Assembly: GCF_011386835.1 (NCBI RefSeq)
Contig: NC_088792.1
Span: 201,686,001-201,750,000, forward strand
Reading direction: 5' to 3'
Source of the DNA: Chrysemys picta bellii
Taxonomy: Eukaryota
Length of the DNA: 64,000 nt
The notes under the pieces: generated by a model
Seen by the model: the letters and a program-made list of their open reading frames with translations, nothing else
Told to the model about the DNA's origin: nothing
Database searches by the model: none
Program-made: the position numbers and the translations under genes
In this document: in pieces, positions 50,468-63,012 of the stretch
Position numbering within the stretch: the first letter of the stretch is position 1
Layout of the letters: each line of letters begins with the position of its first letter

Positions 50468-52109
50468 TATTAGAGTACCCAAAAATACACTTCAGTGTTC
50501 ACTTAATCTCCAATACTATGATTCCCCAACCTTGCATTGTCAATAGGCTGGTTTTGTATATGACACCGTCAATATCTAGGTAAGAGAAATGGAATTTAAA
50601 GGAAAAATAAATGAATGAGGTTCTTGCACTCTCAAAACCATATTTTAATCTCTTATGTGCAGTGCCTCTTACATTTGTGAAGAGTATAAAAATTAAGGAG
50701 ATTTACTGATTAAAAAAAAGTTGACAAAATATTTCAGCCCAGAAAGAAAGAGAAAAATAGAAGCCAGAGGAAAGAATACACTGCTGGTTCTGTGACGTGC
50801 ATTTCACAAAACACTAAACTTACTGTATTTTATTTAAAAAAAAAAAAACCCAAACACCTGTCTGGTAGCTGTGAAATACTTTTTCTCAGTACGGGGTATA
50901 AATATGTTGTATAACTTTGTAGTTAGGGATAGAAAAATTCAAATCTTTGTTTAGGATACACCTAGAGCTGTCAGACCTCGAGTGAAATATCCTGCTTGGT
51001 CACAGTTTTTCCATTTCTCATAAATGCCATGCTATGTATTAATGTGACAGTCGTTTAAACAAAGTTCAGGTAACAGAGGGAGTTATGGGAGAAAAACTAA
51101 AATGAACAGACGTTCAGGGCTTGATATTCCTTTACTCCAGTCTGGCAGTGTAAAGCAGCCTTACAGTGAACGCAAATGTAATTTGCGTAAATGAGAATGA
51201 GGCCCTTGCTGTCTATGCTGGTTTCTATGGCCTCTGGTACCAGCGGGATAACGTTAATACTTCTAAATAAAATAAAATAAAATAAAAAAAAATAAATTAA
51301 GCTAAGCTTTTAAAATGTATTTTTAAACTTGCTGAAGCTTCAGAATGGCAGCCAAATTAAAGTTTTTTAACTTGAATTTTATTTATAATTAATTTAATAA
51401 CATTCAGCAATTTTTATAAAGACATCCCATCCATCTTGTAATCTAATAACTGTCTTACAAAAGAAGCTTTTTTAAAAATGGAGAGAGGATTGGTGGCCTA
51501 CTGATCATACACTATCTGCATTGCCATCTAGAAGATTGGGGTTCAACTATTGCTCTGGGATGCTTGCTCATCAAGTGAGGACAACTCCTGGGAGCTTGAA
51601 GATGACCGAGGTGGAAGAGTGCTATTGCCATTCAACATTACCCTTTTTTTTTGCCAAATAAAGAAAAACTATTAGTGTGCTCCAAATGGAATTCCATTCA
51701 GTCCTCCTTAGAGAGAAAGTTAGTGCTTGTGTACAAAGCCTTTTCTCTATGTATAGAGGAAAATATGTGCATCTTTCCAGTAATATTTCAAACTTACTTT
51801 TAATATTATATTCTTCAGTTTAGAAGGAACAAGATACCTCTACTGTTCTAAATTATGTCAGCTTCTGGAATGGAGGTGCACATTTCTACATGAAGTAGCT
51901 GCTATCATCATATAGTACATAACATATAAATATATAAGAAACAAAAAGCAATAATTACCCTTCCATTGACTCCATCATTATTGTATCAATGCTTCTGTGT
52001 AATAGTGACAAGTGACTGTTTTGGGGAGCAGGTTAAAGCCAGAAATATTTTCAATCTGTCCCCCAAGATAAGAGTATGTTAACCTATTTTTAAGCAGCAG
52101 TACAATCTT

Positions 52110-52560
52110 TCCTGAGAGAAAGCTGTGTGTGTTAAGCACAGAACTAGGAAACCAGAATTCAGGAGTTCCAATCTCTGCTCTGATCCTGACTTCTTTTGCA
52201 GCCTCGAGGAAGTCACCGGACAACTTTCCTTCCATTTACTAAACCAAAACCCTACTTGTTTCACATGGTATTTTAACAGGTTTCAGAGTAACAGCCGTGT
52301 TAGTCTGTATCCGCAAAAAGAAGAACAGGAGTACTTGTGGCACCTTAGAGACTAACAAATTTATTAGAGCATAAGCTTTCGTGGACTACAGCCCACTTCC
52401 GAAGAAGTGGGCTGTAGTCCACGAAAGCTTATGCTCCAATAAATTTGTTAGTCTCTAAGGTGCCACAAGTACTCCTGTTCTTCTTTTTATGGTATTTTAA
52501 GTATTAATTAGTGTTTGTGAAGCCCTTTGAAGATGGAAAACATTATATAAGTTCTAAGCA
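52110..52560 (+). mobile_element. Degenerate MIR-like SINE interrupted by a PLE fold-back
   Basis: tRNA-like head (gtgttaagcacagaactagg..ggagttccaatctctgctctg) and MIR-like tail (gtgaagccctttgaagatggaaaacattatataag) on either side of 52280-52488. Confidence 0.5.
52280..52488. mobile_element. PLE terminal-repeat fold-back centred within the hammerhead core
   Basis: 85-bp inverted arms (52315-52399 / 52404-52488, 1 mismatch); flanking duplication ATGGTATTTTAA (52265-52276, 52489-52500). Confidence 0.82.
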
Positions 52561-52698
52561 CTATTTTCAGAATTGTAACAAATAAAGCGATCCCAAATTA
52601 CCAGATTTAGTAGTAGTTCTGTCTAGCACTATTTGGATTAGATAAACTAATGCATAGTACTCTCTCTTTAACTGAGATTGTTAAACTCTTGGTGATTA

Positions 52699-52895
52699 CA
52701 GATGCCCCCTGATTTACGCAATTGTTCTGTTCTGGAAAGCCTTGTGTAACTCGAATTTTGCGTAAGTCAGAAACGTATACCCATACGTTATGCAAAAATT
52801 TCTGCAACTCGAAAATCCTATTTCTGGTTTAGGGAACTTTTTCCGTAAGTGTGAATTTGCGTAAGTCGGGTATTGTGTAACCCAGGGAGCGTCTG
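52699..52895. mobile_element. Tigger-like MITE (different family)
   Basis: TA|CAGATGCCCCCTGATTTACGCAA ... TTGTGTAACCCAGGGAGCGTCTG|TA, imperfect TIRs. Confidence 0.75.
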
Positions 52896-54374
52896 TACCT
52901 CAAAAAATAAATGATCAATTGGAAGAGATGGGGGACAGGGCATGTAGAAAAGAAAACCTTCTTATTCTTTACATTCTTTTAGAAAAATGCAAAGTTTAAT
53001 TTAACATTTTGGGATATTGGAATTGACCCCAATCCCATTTTGTCACTTTCCTTTCCTTTCTGCACATAAGTATTGGAGCATAAGTCTTTTCCCACATGCC
53101 AGAATTGCCATTTGAGGCTTCTTTACCCTCACATAAACATACTTCCATTAATATTACAATGGAATAATTTACTTTTTTCATGCTGTTCTATTGCATCCTA
53201 CCCCTTTTCCCAAACAGGGCTGGCAAAGGTATGTAGGTTTTGTCTGTATGCTGGACACTTCAATCAGCACAGATCAAATCTGTACCATAGAGAAAAAAAT
53301 CGACAAAAATCACAAATTTACGGTCTTTTGCAGAGTTTGTTGTATCATTCAGAATCACTGCTTTCAGTTAAATAACGATATTTCCAGTCAATCTGGCTAT
53401 GAACTGATTACACAAAGTAAACCAGGAATGCCCATATTGTGGCTAACTATGCCCACTGAGCTCCTTTCTACCCATACACAATTCCACCACACTGCCATGT
53501 GTAAATGCGTTTATGTTTGCATCTATGGGAGAAATGGCCCAATGGCACTGAGCTGCTAGTTTATGGCAAAAAATGAGTTTTCTTTGTGTTCTTGTCTCTC
53601 TGCCGGAGTCCAAACAGAGGGTGCAGAGAGAACAGAAAAACAGGACTCTCAGTTTTGCAACAGACCTGTGATATTGCTGCTGACCATAATTATCATTCAG
53701 GCTGATCTCCAGAGCCTGCTCTTCAAAAACCCTAAATCACGAAGCAACTCTAAAGGCACAATTTCTGGCAATAGCAATTCACATAAAAATATATATTTTT
53801 GGTCAAAGTCTAATTCAGAGTTGGGTTATTATTTCTAGTGACGGTCAAGTTTTTAGCTTTAGCATATTGGTGAACTATTTCCTTTTTGACTAAAAGAAAG
53901 GGGTGTGCTATATGTCATAATCTGTTTGGGATTTTCATCTCCACATCCTCACATACATACAGACATTTCCACTGGAACTCTGTGTAAATCATATCCTATT
54001 AAATGAATCCTTTTAGGGATTGTTACTTGTGTTAACACATTTACTGATTGACTTGATGTAGCCCTTTGAGAAGATAAACGGGCTAGTTCAAAACAGACAG
54101 CTGTTACTTAAAATTATTTGACTCACTAATTTTTTCTTTTACTTTGCCTCCCTCAGCAGTTAAATAGCACCAGCAAAATGTGTAGCTGTCTAGTAACTGA
54201 GCAACACAGTAAAACCATCAGTATTCTTGCTGTGCATGTTTTGTATATGTAAGAAATTCGAATGTTGTTTGGTGCACCACAAACTCCCAAATCTTGCAAA
54301 TATAAATATCTTTTTCAGACTTATTATAATCCATTACATTATTGGGTATTAATTACACAAAAATAAACACTTAC

Positions 54375-54472
54375 TACTGTGCACAGTCAATCAGTTGGTA
54401 TTCGTTTGACCTCTCGAAGCATGCCTTTACTCCTTCATCATCCCAGAGCTTTTTTGCATGTTCAAAGAATTC
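54375..54472 (-). CDS. GNAL: Internal coding exon of G-protein alpha subunit G(olf), helical domain, [32 protein letters not shown](Y)
   Basis: 98-nt exon with acceptor ...catttccaattttcag|GAATTC and donor CAGTA|gtaagt, phase 0 in and phase 2 out, the same size as the homologous Gs-family exon. Residues [16 protein letters not shown] match GNAL rather than GNAS (KALWEDEGVRACYERS). The very long flanking introns also fit GNAL. Confidence 0.93.
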
Positions 54473-55149
54473 CTGAAAATTGGAAATGTGACAAATAAGA
54501 GAAGATTTCTCAGGTTTTGTTTTAATTAAAAAGAAACACAATGGTTCCTCCCTCCTCAAATCTTCATGTTTTAAAGTGTTGCAACATGAAAAATTATACA
54601 TTTAAAGAAGAAAAGGTGAAGAATTATTAGTGAAGTCAAAGTCTCAGAAAAACTAGTTTGGACTGTTGAGTACTTTCACATACAACCTATCAATTGGTTT
54701 CAAGAATTTTATATGATCCAGCCTTTCACTACTTTTCCAAAAGAGCACTTGTCTATTTGGAAAGTAAGAATTAATAAACGGATCCAGCCTAACTTCCCTG
54801 TGTGGCCAAAAGAAACGTTAAAAGGGTTGAAACCAGGTTGGCGTATCCCAGTGGCAGAAGACAAATTTCCAAGTAAAAAATCAGATTCGCTGACACGATG
54901 GAATTTGAATAGCAAATCCTCTCAAGGAAATCAAAGATGAGTTGGAACTGATTCTCAAAATTATAAGGAAACCTCAACACCAAACAACTGAGCACACAAC
55001 TCCATAGTAGCACGAATATGGCAATGTTAAAGCACCCAAATTTATTTTTTGCTTTGAAGGATAGCTTGTTGGTTGCTTTTAGCAGCCTAGCAAAGAAAGC
55101 CCTGAAAGTTAGCTTCTAGTTGCTATTCCTGAAATTGGACCCTTTATTC

Positions 55150-55499
55150 CAGTGGTTCTCAACCCTTTCCAGACTACCATATTCCTTTTGGGAATCTGAT
55201 TTTTCTTGCGTACCCCAAGTTTTACCTCACTTAAAAACTCAGGCTTAAGCTTTCTGCCCTGGGCCCCAACAAGACTAACACTGGTCCTGGCGACCCCATT
55301 AAAACAGACTTGCCCACAGTTTGAGAACCACTGGTATAGTGTATGGAATGGTATAAATAAGTCATTGTCTGTATGATATTTTACTTTAGTTTAGTTCACT
55401 AGTGCTTTTTATGTAGCCTGTTGTAAAACTAGGCAAATATCTAAATGTGTTGATGTAACTCCTGGAAGACCTCTGCATACCACTGGTTCAGAACCACTG
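55150..55499. mobile_element. Charlie-type hAT MITE (family of 50055-50467) carrying the 3' end of a second MITE
   Basis: TIRs CAGTGGTTCTCAAC / GTTCAGAACCACTG; perfect TSD CTTTATTC; extra internal terminus TTTGAGAACCACTG ending at 55333. Confidence 0.85.
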
Positions 55500-58400
55500 C
55501 TTTATTCAAAAGACTCCGGGCTCAGATTCTGGGGAACCTAGGTAGTATTTTATATCTAGGACTATGCCATAATTAAGAAAAGCATCCTGAAACCAAACTA
55601 ACCCAACACATCTGTTCCTAAAAGTATAGAGAGCAGTTATAAAAGACAAGCAATGCTCTTTCTGTGTTTGGAGGCACTTGAAGGTACCTTGGCTCCATTG
55701 TTTGGCTGAGCCCAGCTCAGCCAAAAAAGGCAAAAAAAACACAATTAGGAAGGTCCCTCATGTAACTTCACTAGAGACTGGACCTTTTGTAGAAGCTCTG
55801 CAGAAACCAGAGAAAAAGTGTTGATGATACAGAAGCCTATGGTCTTCCCTCTGAGACAGAAATAAAGCAACGGTTTCCCATCATAGTGGAAGGTAGCTCT
55901 TTGCTGTCAGAAATTACATTCTGGAAGAGATGTAAAACCAAGACTCTTATCTTTTAAGTGAATTAAAAGAGTCCATGGCACTTACCACAAGAATAGATGT
56001 GCTGGCCCTACTGAGCTGGACAAAATCCACTTTACAAAATTACATTTTGTCTACCTAAATTTCACACTGCAGTTGCGTTTGGAGATGGCATTATCTTTTA
56101 CTTCCTGCCCTAAAAACCTATTGTGTACTGTTGCTGTATGCTGTTTAAAAGCTTTTGTATCCCACTCCAGAATGTGTTGTTAGAACAGGGAACTTGGGGT
56201 CATGACTCTCTAGTTCTATTACAAACCAAAACAAAAAACAAAAAAAATCAATCCCCCCCAACCTGTTAAAAAAATAACAGTTAAGATAGGTAAATACCTT
56301 GTAATTTAGCAATCACATCATTTATAAAAACACAAGTCCTTGTAATTAAGAGCATCATAAATCTTACACTTCCCAAATAATAAACAAACGTATTATTCTC
56401 ATCCAGTGTGATGAAATATGCATTTCATTATAACAAAAGAACTTTAACTCTGACCCATAGAATTTTAGAGCTTTGTTATTGTTGGGGTTTTTATTGGGGT
56501 TTTTGCTGTTGTAACTAAGTAAATGTTGGTATTTTCTTTTAAACAATGATGTGAAGTGGGAACCAACCAACATGTATCAATTGGCAGTAGAAGTTTTTAG
56601 TAATGCACAAATTGCTGTTTATTGAGAATAATGTTGCATATCTAATTTAATAGGAAAAATATGTAACATTGTCAGAAGAGTAAATCTGGATATGATCAGG
56701 ACAATCTAATTTTCCAAGCCAAAGCTACAGGGCAAGCTAATATGTAGCTTTATAATGGAAGCTGGTTGTAACCTCAACTCTGGAAAGGCTATTGCCTCTT
56801 CGTAATTCCTGACTCAGCTACTAACTTGCTATGTGACTTTCAGCAAACTACTTAACTTGTATCTGATTCAATTGCACTAGGGAAAAATGTGTATAAAAAC
56901 ACTATATACATCATAGGACTGTTATGAGGCTCAATGACTGTCTGTAAATTACAGAAATGGATGAAAAAGCATGTTTTCCAACCCCTACTGTATCCTTTAA
57001 ACAAGAACAATCTTTTCTGTGGTAGTAAAATTCATAGCAGAAATTTTCTGTTAACGCATTACATTAGTATTGAAATCACCCTCCAGTCTTAAACCCCACC
57101 TCCAAAAAACACCACCCACAAGGTAATACAGCATGTCTAATCTTCAGTAAGTGACTACCAGATGCTGACAAAACTTTCAGGTTAGAGTACAAATGGAGGA
57201 AAGATTCTGAGAAGAGATGGTACACCATAAAAGCAAATCATTATTTTTCAAATGTACTGTATGTAATGTAGATGCAGTAAAATAAAGATAAATGACTTCC
57301 ACTTTCCTGAAGGATTTCAAATCTTGAAGAAAGTGAGGTGTTAAACAATAAAACACAACACTCTGTGAATTGTGTTAATTCACAACTACTGTTTCTCTTT
57401 CTATTGTGACTATTACAAGGGCATCCAGATGGCTAACTGGATGCAAGAGATTATAATCAAATGAAAAGCAAACATTTCTCTCTCTCTCAAGTCATTTTTT
57501 CAGACTTCAAGAGAGAACTTGATGGTATAATAATCTCAATTCTTTTTAGATTTACTCACTTCACAAATTCTGGAGCCAGACCCATCTGGGTCAACCAGAA
57601 CCACCCACTAACCTAAGCCTTACAATTCAAAAGAAGTTTTCCTTTGGTGGGTTTTTCCTTTTGATTTTTGTGTTGAAGAGGAAATGAAGCATTCGGTGAC
57701 TTTGAAAGGGAAAATTCTGGTAACTGTGTAGGATATGAGAGTCTCTAAAAATTCCTAGTAATTCTTTAAACATCAAAATTCTACCTTTTGAAGTTATGCT
57801 ACAGCCACCATAAAGCCCTCCCCTCTTACAGCAGAAAGAGAAACCAAGTGAGAGAACAAAGAAAGAAAAAATTAAGAGGGTGGAGCAAAGAGAGAACTGA
57901 GAACATAAATCAGAGAATGCGGCTATAAAATATAAAAATGAAAGATCAAAGAATTAATAGAGAGAGATAGAAAGGAAAGATATAAGAAAGGAAATAAAAA
58001 ATAAATCAATAAAATAACTGGAGAGAGGAAGAAATCAAAAAGGAAAATAAAAATCAAAAAATATGGCACAATCTTTAGATTAAAATATTTGTTTCAAATA
58101 AATATTTAATCCTATATTTTATTGGATTTCTCTGTTTAGATTGGCCTGTATTGTAATCCAAGAGTACTGCCATTTAAGAGAAGGACATGAGGAAGCAGCA
58201 TGGTGCCAGGAGAAAAGTTGAGCTGTGGTCCCCAGATTTAGGGTCCAGTGCTTCAGTTCCTGGAGTATGATGAGCTGAAACCCCTCTCTTCCCTCATGGG
58301 ATCTATCTTTGTAGGCCAACCTGTGATAAGATATGGTGGGAGTAGGAGGTGGAGACATCAGTATAAAACCACGCCCTTTTCCAAAAACTGGTATTGATTG

Positions 58401-60424
58401 AGAGACACTGGGTATCTCAAAAACCCACTGCTTACAGGCTTCTCCTACTTCACTTACGTTTGTACCTCAACATGGTAAACCCCTCTGACTCCTGGGTGTT
58501 TATTTTTAAAATTTATATTTCACTTTCTATAGAAAAAAACTGTAGCTTTTGGAGGCAAAACAGTGTTTTGGTAGTGGGTAAAATAAAATACTTTTAATTT
58601 GCACTAAAAAATTCAATTTCTCTTCTCTATTTTTGTTTTACATCTGTTTTTCATTAGATGCAAATTTAATTTTGCATTTCTTTCTCCACAAGTATAATTC
58701 TGCATATCTATTACCCCCATTTTGGATACAGACACCTTATACAAATCATTGTTGGTCTCTAAGACCATACAAATATGTTGGGCAGAAATTATATGCCTCA
58801 AATATTTTAGCCTGATTATTTTATTTTACAGCAGACTGTTTAAAATGATTCCCAGATTTCTTAGTCTAACACAAGTTCTATAACATAGAAGAAATACACT
58901 TGCCTCTTTAAAATGTATTGAGCTACTGCAGAGGAGCATATTTGTCTGCAAATTGCCTCCCACCTACATTTACAATCCTTTTTCCTTGATGACTAAACCG
59001 TTCCACAAAAATCCTACACCATTTCAAGACTACCATCAACACCATTCACTTTCCATGCTCACTTTTAACCCTGTCTCTTCCCCTAATAAGCACCCTAATA
59101 CATTATCCCTTTCTTAGCTGCGATGTGACCCAGATCCCACATCCCAAATTCACCTATTACACCTTGAGAATTGCCTAGATCCAGCCTACTTCCTACCTTC
59201 ATCCACTAAGACATTAGATAGCATTTATTCGGCTTGCTGGTAAGATTTTAAAAAATAACTAGTGCTTTTAGCTGCCTCAGTTTTTAGATGTCCAACCTAA
59301 GGCATATCAGATTTGCGAGGCAGGGGGCTCAGAACTTCCTGAAATCAGGCCCCTTAAGAAGTCTCAAGCTGGACATGTAAAAATTGAGGCACTCCCAAAT
59401 CACTAGTGACTTTTTACAATCTTGGTCTAAAGAAATATAAAATTGAGCGTTGATATTTATTGTAGACACCTAAATCTACTACCATAGAGATAATTAGTAC
59501 AACAGAGCCTAAAGAGAAACTGGGAATAAGATAATACTATTAGGAATAGTCCAGATAATAATACAATATTCATAGTAGAGTCATAAAAAAGTAAAGCACA
59601 AACTTGCTTCTTCCCTAACTCTTCATTAGATAGGTAAAAAAAGGTATAAATATTTACATTCCTACCATATTTTTCTTGACCTGGGATCTAAATTAGAGAT
59701 CAGAGCCAGCTTGCAGGAGTAAGGGATGATGCTTCAGGTCTCATTAGCTACAGGTATTTAATTTCTTTAGATATTTAGGTGGTTAGTGTAAATTCAGTTA
59801 TGAAAAAGTCAAAGCCACATGAATGCTACAATTTTGATTTAATCACAATCAAGATGCAAAATACAGTATCTTAAATATTTAGTAACAATACAGATCTGAC
59901 TGGAAGAGTAAGGAAAAGAAAAAAAACCCCACCCTTTGAATTTCCTTAGATACCCAAAATCAAGGGCACGCATTTTTGAGCCCTCTATTCACTTACACAT
60001 AATTTGTCTTTTTGTTGTAAATATAAAGATTCATGCATCACCTAAAAAAGGTGCAGTGACACAAACATGTGCTATAGTATTGTTTTGAGGTGGGTGAAAT
60101 CTTGCTATGGGTTAAGTTAAAATCTCATTCAAATTGATGATACTTTTCATTCAAGATAGTTGTAAGAGACAGTTATGGGGCAATACCTGAAACAAAGTGT
60201 AACAGAGTCTGCCCAGAAACTAGTACCATTCCACTGGGTATTCTGATTAGGCATGTCTGTGTGCAGGTGTGTGAGGGAACACAGAGAAGAAAAGAGAGAG
60301 AGAGGCAGAGGAAGAAAATAAGAAAGTCAAGTAGGAGCCTGGAGCCACAGTGTGACTCTGGAAAAAGTGAGAGCGCGCTTTTGGGTCTGGTGTTGGCTAA
60401 AGAGGCTTGGCAGCTATAAGCTAA

Positions 60425-60702
60425 GGGTGTGTCTACACTGCAAGCGCTACAGCGGCATGGCTGCAGCTACACCGCTGTAGTGTAGACACTTCCTACAGCA
60501 ACAAAAGAGTTTTTTTCACTGCTGTAGTAAATCCACCCCATCAAAAAGTGCTAGCTAGGTCAATGGAAGAATTCATCGAAATAGTTGTGTCTACTGTAGG
60601 GGTTAGGTCAACCTAACTACATCACACAGAGCATGAAATTTTTCACAACTCTGAGTGACATACCTAGGTCGGACACACCTAAGTTTTAGGTGTAGACCAG
60701 GC
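60425..60702. mobile_element. PIF/Harbinger-type MITE
   Basis: GGGTGTGTCTACACT ... GGTGTAGACCAGGC flanked by TAA/TTA. Confidence 0.7.
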
Positions 60703-62118
60703 TTACCTACAAGAAACTGCTTCTTTTGTTCTTGGTTCCTCCTGTGTTCAGAGAAGCAGGACTTCATGCATTTCTTGTAAATAAACAAGACTGCATCAAA
60801 GAAAATATCAGACTCCGTCAATTTCTGCTTCCAACTGGAACATATCTAGGGCCCTGAAATTTGGCTAGCTGCTCGTATCAAAAAGGGGCAACAACAAAAC
60901 ACACAGTGACTTTAAGATACATACAAGGGTATATCAGGTACATACCAGTTCCTATAATCAGCACTGAATTTTCAATTACAGGATTAATTTTTTTTTTTAA
61001 GGGATTTCAGTTAACAGTTTTCAGCACTTTCTCTGTAGGATGGAGAACATGTAGGGAGGTTCCTTCTACACAAAACACATCATGAGAGAAACTGTGAAGC
61101 AATATTCATAACAAATCATTATTAAAATCACTATTTCAAATGTGCCTTAAAGGAGTTTACAGCATGATCCTTCTTGAAATTTAATTTTCCTTATTTAAGA
61201 AATAAACATTGTATGAGAAACCTACACCCACCCATACAGCGCCTACAAAACCTGTCACAGTGCCTAAAAAAAGGAATTGTTTGACTTTCCATCTAGGGAA
61301 TAAACTTTTTAAGTGTCTAAATTAGGCAAGAAATATAAGAGAAGACTAAACAGCCAAATATCTTCATGGAAAAATCTTTATCTATGTTGGAAACGAAATT
61401 CTTTATCTGATGACTGCCTTACAAACTAAAAAAGGTTCATATTAGATCAGTCTTTTTTTTTTTCCTAATGAGGCACTTGCATTCCAGATGAAGCACACAT
61501 TGTGGCTGTCCTGATGCCACCTTTAACCCTCCTAGAAATTGGTATGCAGAAGACACCACAGTATTTTCTCTTCTACGTATTTACTCTGTTAATGCACTGT
61601 AAAACTTGCATGACTCCTTGACAAGATAATATGAAATCAGGTCATTTCCCCCTACCCCAAACTAAAATTCATATTCCTAGTCTCCCGATCCTTGGGTATC
61701 CAAGCTTATTTCTTAATTCAAATGCAGCTTTAATCTGTTTACCTGTCTGATCGGTATCAAAAGCCTTTAAAGAATGTGGAACTAAAGTGACAAATGTCCT
61801 ACAATGATATAAGAAGTACATATTTTTATGGTTTTATACTATGGTGTGAAAGTCAAAGTCTTGAATTTTATTCTTTGATGTGGTTACTTTTTTGCTTTTG
61901 TTTTAAACCAAACTATGCAATTCACTTAAAAACAACTGTTTTGTTGTTTTTGAAAGATAGGCCATAAAATTTATATTTACAAATGCCTTGTTCTCAACAT
62001 ACCTAAATTCTAGAGTGAATAAGGCAAGAATCCTATAAACCACCTCATTTTATACACAGCCCTGATTCATTACCTGAGCACTGTCCATCCTGTGCACTGA
62101 ATGAGGTAAGATCCTGTG

Positions 62119-62277
62119 TAGGGTGACCAGATGGGATGAAGAAAATATCGGGACATGGGAGGTGGAGAGTGGGGGGGGGGGAACAGTCCTGCCGGCGGAG
62201 CAAAAACAAAAACAAAAAAAACAAGAGTGCGAAATATTGGGACAAACGCCTAAATATTGGGATGTCTGGTCACCGTA
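62119..62277. mobile_element. Short hAT MITE
   Basis: TIRs TAGGGTGACCAGA / TCTGGTCACCGTA; TSD ATCCTGTG / GTCCTGTG. Confidence 0.85.
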
Positions 62278-62813
62278 GTCCTGTGGGAAAAATGGCCTGT
62301 GATAATGTAACAAAAGACTGTATGATAATGCATACATACAAGGGTGCAGAATTAAGGTTGTACAGGCAACCTATATTCTGGCATTTCCTAACTTTCAAGT
62401 TCTTGACTTTGCAACCGAAATAACATTCTTGTAACAGTTTTGTGTATGTTATTTCCTAGATAGGTTTTTAATGTCAAGGGGAGCCCAGCCTAGCTCTCGC
62501 CCCACATTCCAGAGAGGTAAATTGAAGAACAAGGAGAAAAAAGACAGAAATCCCATCATACTGATGGAACCATACTGACACACAGCGTCATTGACAAGAT
62601 TGGGACCTTTAGATACACAGTACAGATCTCTACCACTTGAGTTCAATGGGGAACTGGTAATAGTATTAGACTCTTTTCCTCTATGAGAACCAGCCACTAA
62701 AGAAGAGAAGACACAGATTTTACCAGTAGATTTCACAGCTGTTTGCTCAACCGCAGAGGACTGCTGCGACTCAGGAATCTTGGGTTCCATTCCAGGTTCT
62801 GGAGGAGAGTGGT

Positions 62814-63012
62814 TGTAACCCACACACCTCCTGGGTAGGGTGCTCTATCCCTCTCTAGTGGCACCGAGGCCACTTAGGGATTAATGAGTTTGCTACAGCC
62901 TTAGCTAACAGGCATATGGCTTTTAGCTCATGCAGTAGAGGCTCACGCATTTAGCTCCAGAGGTCCCAGGTTCAATCCCGCCCACCGATGACCAGGGTCG
63001 GTCAGCATGACA
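62814..63012 (+). mobile_element. About 200-bp TG...CA-bounded repeat with a tRNA-derived 3' half
   Basis: Starts TGTAAC and ends TGACA; A-box-like TAGCTCATGCAG near 62924 and B-box GGTTCAATCCC at 62969-62979. No clear TSD. Confidence 0.55.

Noticed and set aside
53191-53838. ORFs of 122 and 91 aa near the GNAL exon
   Set aside because: No recognisable domain or splice context; lengths are within chance expectation for a 64-kb six-frame scan.
54789-55013. Minus-strand ENQF...FLERI words reminiscent of neighbouring GNAL exons
   Set aside because: The FLERI exon should lie downstream (lower coordinates) of 54375, the surrounding residues do not match, and there are no suitable splice sites; treated as coincidence.
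62915-62995. Possible tRNA gene
   Set aside because: A/B boxes are present but I cannot fold a convincing cloverleaf or acceptor stem, and it is embedded in a repeat.
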